A DNA stretch of 53,200 bases, filler included, from Catajapyx aquilonaris (taxonomy: Eukaryota): NCBI GenBank assembly GCA_000934665.2. It is 2 parts of 2 records of this genome, joined end to end, with 100 filler letters (N's around TTAATTAATTAA, not from the genome) between each part and the next. Parts side by side here need not be neighbours in the genome. Positions count along the whole stretch, not along the records: positions 26,722 to 53,200 come from JYFJ02005198.1; 1 more part is not named here. One strand, given 5' to 3'. Under the pieces are notes generated by a model. It did no database searches. It worked only from the letters and a program-made list of their open reading frames with translations, and was not told where the DNA came from. Position 1 is the first letter of the stretch, and the number at the start of each line of letters is the position of its first letter. This document shows positions 26,753-37,311 of this stretch, one piece after another. The position numbers were made by a program, and so were the translations under genes.

Positions 26753-29700
26753 GGATCACCTCGAGGCGTTCTTCTTTTCCGGATATCTGAATCCGGTGGG
26801 GCGGAACAAATTTGTGAATCCCACCGAATGGCGTTTCAATGGGCTGCTATCCCCACAGTAATCGTTTTCTCAGACTAGAGGACGCCATTTCCGATCCGCC
26901 CTCTCTCCTCCAAAAAACCTCAAAGCCAAAACTTGTTGCTTACATCCTGAACCAGGCCGCCAACAACAAGGGAAAAATATGTAATAATAAAAAAAATAGT
27001 TTGCAGCACAAAAGCGGGTTGAATCGAAATTCTCGGGGTTGAATAAGGATTCTGAACCAGTTGGACCAGTATCAAATCTCATGGGGAAAACAGTGGCGGG
27101 AAAATAGTCTCAATCCCGGAAGTGCTTGCTTGTACCTGTAGTCCCAAACCCAATCTTTTCCGCCTTAGGTTGTTTTTTTCACAGTCTCCTTCATGTATAC
27201 TGCAACCAAGACTGCGTCATTCCGGATTGAAATTTAAATTTTTATCGCTATCTCCGCTCGTGGTCATGAAGAAACGGCGCTGACTACTAAACAGGAAGAC
27301 GTCTTATCCGTGTCTTTGGACTGACATGCGAACTACATGTGAGAAGGAAATGCCATTCAGATTTATATACAAACACTTACCTGTTTGAACTGCGATCGAT
27401 CAACGATATTGGTAAGGTGTGGAGAATAAAATTTAGTCTACGTGCGGACAGTTTTAGTGCAAAAATATTTCGGCACGTAATGTGTGTTTTACGCCTGCAT
27501 AAACTCTATTTGGCACAGAGTGGAATTAAAACCGCGTTTGGGGATCCTGCAAATAAGGTATAAAAATGTTATCATTGCGAGTGCTGCATTATTTTACTGC
27601 GTGTACAAGCACCGAGAGAGGGCTTTAAAAATAATATCTTTGACAGGCTTAGCGGAATATCCGCTTGTCGTCTACAATTATATTACGCACTTTTAAAAAA
27701 ATTTGGCAGCAGAGTCATAATAACATCGCAATGACAACTTTATTACCTTATCACCGTAGAGTTATGCATGCCATCCACACAGCACTAATTAACTACGGTC
27801 TCTCTCTCTCCCCCCCCCCCTCTCTCTCTCCCTGCCAATGCTATTTTTTACGGTGCACCAGACAAAAGGCCGGAATAACATGTTTACGTTTTGCTTCTAA
27901 ATTCCAGCAACAAGCCCGCGTTAAACAAATACGTTTCAAAAATTCAAAGCCACCTTGACTAAATATGCCAGGGCACATCACATCGGCTCCATATTTTTCC
28001 CCGCAGGCTTCAGCAAGTACTTATACATATAGTTTGAGCCTAACCCAAAAAAAAACTATTTTGCAGCAGCCTCCCACAAAAAAAAGCAATGCATTATCGA
28101 CCAGACTCTATTTTTTATAGACACAAAACCTGAAATTTTTTTATTGCAGCTATTGGTCAGGCCTACCTTTCCGTAATGTGCGCCTAATAAATTTTCGATG
28201 TGACCCAAAACGGATGCGTGCATTAATGCATCGGAGTTGCATTAATGCCTCAATTTTTGAACTCGATTGGGTCAAAGCTTGTGTGTATAACCATGGTGAC
28301 CTGCTTGTCTTCCAGAGCAGGCGATGAAGTTAAGATATTTTTTTTCTCAGCACACCGTACCTGATATACGGCCAACTTGCTACAACTTACGGTGCAGCAG
28401 TTGGGCTTCGCCAGTAAAGTAGATTAAGGTCATGCCTATGTTATACTCCGAACTGCCCGGTTTTCCGGTGTTAGACGCTTTAAAAAGCCCCATAAATTTA
28501 CTCCAGTAAGGTTCCTTTGCGCCCTAAACGGTAATATCAAAGTGCCACTGAGCTTAACTTTGGCGTTAGCGCTGCTTATTTTATAGGACCTTAAATATAG
28601 GCTCATAATAGGCTATACGTCCTCCAAATATACGGAAGGGCAGTCTTGCGACGTAGCATGCTTATCCTGTAATTATAGAGAATAATTTGTCGCCCCAACG
28701 GCATTAGACTCCAAGGTCCATTCGTTGTCTATTACCCGGGGTATTGTCATATATCTGCTTGAGGTGGTTATTGCTTTTTTTTTGAAAGACAAAAATAAAT
28801 GTGTTTTGATATGTGACAAAGCAAATCTTACGGCGGGTTGGGTCCTGGGCCATTTATATGTGGAAAAGCTCGACTGGATGATCCCCAGCTGTCATCTAGA
28901 CTCAGAAAGAAGATCGAAACGAAGACTTTAATTGGAAATCAAACTCACTTCTGGGGCTTACCGATGTGGCCTTTCTTTTTTTCCCAGGATCCGGGGTTTT
29001 CGCCAAAAAAAAAAAAGAAGAAGAATGGGGGGACCGCTTTCGACTAAGCAGCTTTCAGGCAAAAGTATGGGAAGAAACCAAGATGGATAGACTCATATAT
29101 AGGCTGTTGAAAATTTCTTCAGATAAATTCAGCAGATCTTGTTGCACAGAAGGCATGTACCGTTAATTTCTCTTATCGTCGCGGTCGTTAATTCCCATCC
29201 GTCGTTTTTTTCTACGGTTTTATCATGGGTTAGGAAGATTTAAGGTTCCAAGTTTAAATCAACTTTAGTCTTATCACTTCTCCGAACATTTCATTTGGTC
29301 ACAAAAAAGTCATGTTCAACTTGTTATCTATTTTACCATCGTTTTATGCCCCCTCACATGCAGGGTGCAAGGCATTAAATATTCAGACACACTGTAATCT
29401 GCAGCCTGCAGTATTGTTACATTATGTAAAAAATTAATTTCGATTCATAAAATCATTACGCACAAAATTATACACTACAAGTTTCAGGCAGCATGCACAT
29501 ATCGGAACACTTACATTGTCAACTTATCTTCACTCCAGAATAAGAACCAGGTAGCAGCAGAAGGTCCTTGGATAAAGCCACAATCACGGTGATAGCACTA
29601 ATCACCGTAATTTGAAAGGCAAACCAAGCTACACTGCTGAAGTCAGCCCATAGACCGAGGTGGAAGTGTATACAGTTTCTATGATTATGCAGTAGATCAT

Positions 29701-32689
29701 CAGTCATGTTTGTGCTGCGTCAGACGATAAGGTCAAATTCCGCATAACAAAACATCTCCACTGCGACCTTACATCAAATTTGCTGTAATATCTAACTCTG
29801 TAGTTAACACTAACTCAAGTTCGTACACAACCGGCCCTGTTAACTCTTAACCGTAAAAAGGATGAACTGTATACGTAGTCGACAGGGTGTAAAAATGGCA
29901 CCATCGGCTAATTACACCTTTGAAAGACACGATGCCAGCTCATTATTTTTCGCTAATATTTCACCATTACGCAAAGTGTCAGCCTCACAGTCATTAACCG
30001 CAATGCCTAAAAAGCATCATGCATTTTCCTAACGCAATTGGACAATCTTGCTCGGTGATAGTAGGAAGTGCACGAACGGGCTGATGACCTTGAGGAGGGC
30101 GCTGCTAATACTTTGCCTGCACAGTGTACTAACATCATATAGTGAGAAGATATGCATGTGGGCGTCGCGGGGTGGCGTTGTGAGGTTGGGGGGGGGTTAA
30201 AGCAGGCAGCTTTTATCAGTCCACGTGGTGCTCCAAGAATAGTCACCAGTCCATGCTGGCTCCACGCCTCAGTTAGTTAGAACCACTCGTCGTGCCAACT
30301 TTACAGGTAAGGTTCCCCCCCAAATATTTTGGCCCATTACACAAGGTCGAACCTGCCAGCTCATGTGTATGGGAAACGTGGCCAACTTAGCACATACAAA
30401 CACACAGCAGAGATTCCAACCTTGAACTTTGTCGGTATTATGTGCATAGGCGTGGATCAGCGCAATAAGTACTGTACTGCGTCACCTGAATATTTATTGC
30501 ACATACTTCCCCGAGAGAGATGTTCTCCTTGGAGGTGCCTTCTGACCTAGATGCAAGACCCCCCCAAGGTCGGAGCCGGAAATGCAAAGATATTGTGCTC
30601 GAATTTGTGACTGAAGCGTTCGGCAGGCTATCACTTGTTCAGATCGGGCAATGTCAGCCGACAAGACACCTACTTGATAACCTTCCATGCCTACTTCAAA
30701 AACCGATAAGAAGCTACCCCACCATTTTATCAGCCCCAGATAGGGAAGCAGTTTCTACTGAAACTAATTACGCGCAATGAACATTATCTCCCAATTCCAC
30801 TGGACGGGGACTGTCCACCTTTTGCAGAAGGTTTTGTCCTGTTTAAATTGCGCACTATGTATATACAGTAGTTTTCATATGTATGAACAGGGAAGTTGCC
30901 AATACTACTCAAACGGAATGGGTTGTATCGTGGAGGTGGTGGGGGGTGTTGAAGTCCTTGAGAAAGAAAAGTCATCAGGTGCGTTTGGTCAGGACATTTC
31001 AAAATGTAATTCACGTTAAATGTTTAATCAAACGGCATGGTGTTACATATGGGCCATTTAAACAGCAGTGTCTGCGTAAAACAGCGCCCTAAAGTACAGC
31101 GTAATTAACTGCAATCAGTTTGTGAGTCTGGATTATCAATAATACCTAGCACCCAAAGAGTGGTCTAGGTCGGGGTGTCAATTTAATCGTAGCTGTTTAA
31201 ATGGGATCAGTGGACCCCCATTTAACCGGTGGTACTACATCTCAAGCGCGCTCCATTGCAGCTTTCACATATAAATGTGATAATTTCCCCTACTATGCAG
31301 TGTACACTCAAGAACAAAATGTTAGTCATAGCAACAAAAAAAAGTGCTGGCAAAATTTATATAAACAGCCAAAAAATATTGGAATGTGAGCAACATTTTT
31401 TTTCTCTTCAAAATGAATGAAAAGGTTCATTGGCAACATTTGTAAAAAATTTAAAGTATCGCTGTGATTTTCCCTTAAAATGAAAGCGAGATTTTTGTTA
31501 ACAATAAGTACTGTACAATAGGTGCAAATCCGCGGATTGATCATTTGCGAATTATCGGGGAAATCTATTTGCATAGCACAGAGTAAACTCGTGTTCTATA
31601 GATAATTTATGTGAAGCAATTCTGCAACAATGCTCTAATTTTATTAAAATTAAATCTGTTTGCTGAATGGAGTAGAACAGCTGCGCAATGAACCTTCCGC
31701 TGACCCTATTTGACCCAGCAGATGTAATCGGCTGTATAACATCCTGCATCTTATTTTTCTCCGCCGGCTTCCCCTGTAGTTTAGTAAACAGTACAGAGAC
31801 AAAATTACCCAACTGTTGGCGTCACTGCTGAGGGGGACGAACCATTATAAACAATCCGAAGGGTTTCTAGAACAACCGCCGCCATGGAGACGGGGGTTTG
31901 TTGACGAGCACATCGAAAGGGTTGGATTGTTTGGAACCTCAGTTTGAATAATCAGGTCGAGCTGATCGGACGTCCTTCCAAAGTCGTCGCCCCTTGATGG
32001 ACGTGTGTCCAATCTGACCAATCAACCGACATAATTCCTCATATCGGAGCAATTCTATAGGGGGAACAAAAAAAGAAGCAGGACGCGTCTCCAGCAACAA
32101 TAGGAACCATCCGTCTTCGGGCCTTTTTGAAAACTTCGAATCGCCATAGGTGAGCAACTGGGGCCAGTTTTTAAAAATTCGGAAAGGTTCGTGTTTGGGG
32201 GTCGTATGGCCACGCATTCTAGTGTGAAATATATGTTGGGAAGTTTAGATCGGACATTTTCAGGATGTCTTTATTTTAACTGGTAAGATCAAATGAGTTC
32301 GATTTGTGCTTCAATGAGTCCCAAGTTGACAATACTGTTTTTAGCATCCGAATAGTGGACATGGGGGAGGCATTTGACTCATTGCACACTTAGCAGCCTA
32401 ATCATGCAGTACTGCCATTTTGGTCATGACCTTGCGCTATTTCAAATTGGAAATCGTTCGAATGAGCCCGTGGAAAATGTTCGAAAAAATGTTGCCATAG
32501 AGACAGGGCCCCCCATCAAAATAAATCTTTGGTTTGGCACTCCTGAGGACCCTGTTGCCATGGGGCCAAACAGTCGATTGTTATTAAGCGAACGTGTGTG
32601 CCAAGCCCGACAGTACTGACCTGTGTGTGTTCACTCGTCTTTCAGCGCTTGCGACATATAGACAAAATCCCAGGAGAGAAGCCAAAAAG

Positions 32690-34494
32690 ATGGTTCCAGT
32701 CGGAAGCAGCGAGGAGGAGGTGATGGAGAACGCGATGGGAGACACCGGGAACAAGGATGGTTCAGGGGACGAGAAGCCGCGTCCGGAGCCCCTTCCTCCA
32801 GGAGACTACGCCCTGGTGGCCTGGGACATTGACACCACGGGTCGGAGGCTGATAGACGAGATGTGCCACCTCGGGGCATACGCATCCGGAGGGAGGACCT
32901 TCTCCCAGTTCGTCATGCCCTTTCGGGATCCCAACCTGGGAGCGGTGAGGAGGCACCACCTCCGAGTGATCAACACGGACCGGTACCGCATGCTGAAGAA
33001 CATGAAGAGCGGGAAGCTGCTCAGGACCAAGAGCGAGGTCTCCTCACTCACAGACTTCATCCAGTGGCTGAACGAGGCCAAGGGCGGAAAGGAGGCTGTG
33101 GTCCTCGTCTTCTACGAGCCCAGGCCGGTCGTCTCCTTCATGCTCCTGCAGGTAAAGTATGGCCATCAAATTTGGTGGGACATGGAAGAAGACTGATCCT
33201 ATTGTCCTCTCCATCACAGGCGTTGGAGAAGTACGAGTTGCTGACTGAATTCCGCAAGATTGTGAGGGGCTTCGTCAACGGTTACGAAGTTGCCGAGAAG
33301 CGATGCGCTCGGACCATCAAGTCGTACTCGCTTCGCAGCCTGTCCAAGATATTCCTGGGCCTGGAGGACAGCGACGATGACCTCCGCCGAAGCACGAGCA
33401 GCACTGGGAAGCCGGTGGAGAACGGCGGAGGGGACAAGAAGCCCGAGCCGATAGTGGTGGCGGCCTCGATCACCTCCGTTCCCAACGAGAATGGGGAGCA
33501 GCTGGACGCTGGAGGCGGAGGCGAGAAGATCCCCCCGAAGCTGGAGGAGGACGTGACCTCTCCAGGGGGTCACCTGGACAGCGCCTCGTCCCGTGCAAAG
33601 GTCATCTACCAGGTGCTGGAGAAGCTGGTGGAGGAGGAGGGAGGCCAGCTGACCTTCTCCCACCTGAGGGATGCCAGCCGAGACGTGGACTGGGAGATGC
33701 GCTGCCTGGACCAGCTGAGGGGGGTGCTCTTCAAGCACTCCACCCTCCGTCCCTTCTTCGAGGCCCAGCTGCGGGAGGGAAGGAGGGAGAGGCAGAGGGC
33801 CACCAACCTCAGGAGGACCATGGCAGAGGCCGGGGTCGACTACGACTCCATTTCCGAGCGCCACGCCGATGTGGAGGGCATCAAGAAATGGCTCGCTGAG
33901 AAGGTCAGTTGCTTAAAAAGTTTCACACCTTGCACTCCACCAATTACTATAGTAGTTATAGTCATGCGAAATAATGCACAATAATACTGTGGATGTCCCG
34001 AATTGCTGCTGTGTGAGATCCATTTTACTGCACACTTTTGGTACATTGTATAGTAAGCAGTTTATGGATCAGCTTTTCCAACTAACCAATTGCTGCTTCG
34101 TTTTCAGGTGCCCCAGCTGAAGGCAAAGGACGTAGAGGAGCTCGTAGCTCTGATCGACAAACACTTCGCCCCTAAGCCAGTGATTGTTGTGGAGAAGCAG
34201 GCCACAGCAGCAAGCGCTGGGGGTCAGAAGGAGGGGCCGGCACCACAGGGGAAGAGGCAGGTTGGATCCAGGAGGAGGAGGAGCCTGAGGGACAGGAAGG
34301 GTTCAGAGGGCCCCGCCACCAACGAGGGAGGGTCGGAGGATAAGGAAGGTCAGCAGGAGAAGGAGGCTCAGCAGGAGAAGGAGGAAGAGACGAAGGTAGA
34401 GACGAAGGTGGAGCCATCAGAGGAGGCAAAGGTGGAGCCGCCCTCGACCCAGGTGGATATCCCAAGCATTCCAGTTGTCGTCGCTGCTGAATGA
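32690..34494 (+). CDS. exu: Maternal protein exuperantia orthologue (EXO-like pseudonuclease + SAM-like region), about 510 aa; exons 32690-33151, 33220-33903, 34108-34494
   Basis: LPPGDYALVAWDIDTTGRRLIDEMCHLGAY...FSQFVMPFRDPNLGAVRRHHLRVI...YRMLKNMKSGKLLRTKSEVSSLTDFIQWL...IKSYSLRSLSKIF closely parallels the recalled Drosophila Exu N-terminus. Phase-0 GT-AG introns; probable 5'UTR intron 32150-32645; AATAAA at 34943-34948. Confidence 0.93.
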
Positions 34495-34942
34495 ATCTAT
34501 GACTGCCATATGGACCCCGGATACTTGTCAAAGTTACGTTTGTTTGTTCATGAGAAAATTGTCAGCGTTATGTTTGCACATTTAAGAAACTTGTCAATTA
34601 AGTTTGGACTCCGGATACTGGTCATCAGTGCCATGCCGCTTCCATGACTGAACGTAATCATGCTATGTTTGGACCAGGACGTATGGAAAAATGATTTGTT
34701 GTATTTTGTTAACGAAATTATCGGTTTGTTGGGTTTCCTGATGTTGATTTGTTACATGCTGGTTAATTTGAGGAGCAGCTCTAGTCAAGTGTGCAACTGA
34801 AGCTCCCAAGGAAAGATCATTCAAGTTGTTGTTTGTTTTTTTTGTTAATTTTGTTCTTACATTATTTTTGTTTTCACCTTTGTCTCAGCAAGCCACTGTT
34901 AAATGTCAAGTTAAAGGGAAGTTACTGGCATATGTATATCTG

Positions 34943-34948
34943 AATAAA
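34943..34948 (+). promoter_or_regulatory. Probable polyadenylation signal of exu
   Basis: AATAAA about 450 nt after the stop codon, following a T/GT-rich 3'UTR-like tract. Confidence 0.6.
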
Positions 34949-36420
34949 ACCCATTTGCAAGAGTAACAGGAAAGTGTCCTTATTTCTTGGATTCAACCAC
35001 AGACATCACTGGAAAAAATGGTCAACAATGACATTAACATTTAATGGCTATAGTGATAGCAGTATGATTCTATGCTGGAATTTATGATAGATATGGTAGC
35101 AGGTATTGGGTTACATACGTGATTACAAACATTCTGTACTAGTGAATTTATGGCCCATGTTGACATGCTCCTAAGCAAGTGTCCGATTTTATTCCCAACT
35201 CAAAATGTAATTTTCTACATGTGATTTTTTTTTTTTTTTTTGTAAATGGTTGAGAATTGGCTTTCATGCCCATCATCTCACTTGAGATCTGAGAGCAGCT
35301 CTCTAGGGTGCAGATTTCAAGAAAAAGATTCAAATATAAAGAAAAGGGGAAGGGATTTATTTATGCCCAGCTTTTCTATCCCTGCAGCCACTCTTCCCCA
35401 CCACCCAGCCCCACCCACCTCCTAATCCCCCCAATCCAGAAACTTAAGCTGCCTGCGGTTCTAATGGCAAAGGCGTGTTTCCGGCAGGGCTTTTTCACGC
35501 TCTAATATTCCTTGTATTATACCATACAAGTAATCATATTCAGAATTCCAGGCGCCACTTGGCACCAAAGGAAGTCTCCTTTGTTGTCCCAAGGTTCCAA
35601 CCTTTTGCTTCTTTTTTCCCCGCCATATATAAGAAAATTAAATACAAATTCGTGGATGGTAGTCTCAGGCTGGAGAGGAACAGGAAATTGATCCCTACAC
35701 TGCTCAACCAAGCAGCAATGAGTGCCTATAACAGGTTTGATTTACTATGTACATGACAAAACAACACCTACAATTCAGCCGTATTGGAATAATAATGCGG
35801 TTAATTGTTAGCAACAGTTGGCATAGTCTGCAGTCATTGTTCGCCAATTTGTGATGGATGAAGTTATCTAATGCTGAAACAAAATTCACTTGGACAGTGC
35901 TTATCATACGGGTAATTAATTCAAAAATAAATGTGCAAAAAAAAAATGTACAAAATTCCAACGCCTATTTTATCCAGAGACAGTTTAACGATAAGTACTG
36001 CACATGCAGCAATACGTGACTGGCATGCAATAAACAACCTCACATTACATCACGAGCAGCAGGTGTGTCAACACTCAACCGCAACAATACCTGGCCTTGT
36101 CCTGACCTTGCTTCCCGTCGGCAGTGCAACGCACAGGCTGCCTGGTGACCCTAGACGTCCGAAACGCTGTCCGTACACCGGTACGGCCAGCAAGGACAGG
36201 CTGGACAGCACGGACACAAACTGGCGGCGAAATGTTTCATGGCCAGCAAGAGCAAGTTGAAACTCGCGCAGTTGCCACAATTCCACAATATGAAATATTT
36301 AACAACTATAAATACGCAGCTATTTTTTATTTTTCAAATTATGATTTTTAGCAGCTAGTAGTTATGTTAAATTGAGGTCAAATATTAATAGTGAAAGATA
36401 CAGCCGCACGAATGCGACTT

Positions 36421-36432
36421 CAAGATGGCGGC
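36421..36432 (+). promoter_or_regulatory. YY1/Pho-type motif CAAGATGGCGGC upstream of CIAO2A
   Basis: Match to the known YY1 consensus, about 100 bp upstream of the CIAO2A start codon. Confidence 0.5.
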
Positions 36433-36522
36433 CACTTTGTGAGAAGCTGAGCCCCGGATTTTTTTTGACGCGTAAAAAGATAAACGTAAGTAGGCCTGGT
36501 CCTTAGGAGATGCTGGCAGGAG

Positions 36523-37282
36523 ATGGACACGATTCTGTCCATCTTCAAGCGTCGAAGGAGCGGCAGCGCAGAGGACCAGAAGAAGAGCCCGACTGAGCAG
36601 GCAGAGGCCAAGGTGGTCGTGGGCCGCAAGTGTAAGCAGCGCGCACCCATTTGCCTCACAGTCACTTTCCATCTAGTTGTGTTGACTCGTTTTGCTTTCC
36701 AGATGTGGGGAACAACAACAGTGATGAGGCTGAGAAGGAGTGTCGGGATCTGGAGGGAACGGTGTACGATCTCATCAGGACCATACGGGATCCGGAGAAG
36801 CCAGGGACGCTTGAGGACTTGCACGTAGTTGATGAAGATTCGGTCAAGGTCCGTTGCGTACATGCCGCATAGCATGTAAAGCGTACTTGTCAATCGCAGA
36901 CCAGCTTGGCTCACGTACGATGTACCGGCAGGTGGAGGAACTGTCCCCTGGTGTGTACTGGGTCCGACTGGAGTTCCAGCCGACAGTGCCTCACTGCTCC
37001 CTGGCGACTTTGATCGGCCTGTGCCTGCGAGTACGACTGGAGCGAAGCCTGGCCGAGAAAATCAAGCTGGACATACGGATCAGGAAAGGAAGCCATGCGA
37101 CTGAAGACGACAGTAAGCAGATCAAAGTGGCCTCCGTTACACTCTCTGATGCAACTAATATGCCTTTATTGAATTTTTCACCAGTAAACAAGCAAATAAA
37201 CGACAAGGAGAGAGTGGCAGCAGCCCTTGAGAACCCCAATCTCCGCCGCCTGGTGGACGAGTGCGTCGACGACCCTGACTGA
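36523..37282 (+). CDS. CIAO2A: Cytosolic iron-sulfur assembly component 2A-like (MIP18 family; FAM96A/galla-1), 177 aa; exons 36523-36631, 36703-36848, 36932-37112, 37185-37282
   Basis: [45 protein letters not shown] and [20 protein letters not shown] are MIP18-family motifs; DPEKP and [10 protein letters not shown] favour FAM96A over FAM96B. GT-AG introns, phases 1/0/1; AATAAA at 37296-37301. Confidence 0.92.
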
Positions 37283-37311
37283 AGTTGTAAATGTGAATAA
37301 AATATTTTTTA

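Noticed and set aside
29630..29710. Minus-strand TGATGA...CTGA pair resembling a C/D snoRNA, overlapping a hydrophobic 62-aa ORF
   Set aside because: Weak terminal stem, no recognisable rRNA-complementary guide, no host gene; the ORF has no supporting exons.
33214..33864. 216-aa antisense ORF over exu, and similar shadow ORFs over the WD and Pro-rich genes
   Set aside because: Explained by high GC3 codon usage on the coding strand.
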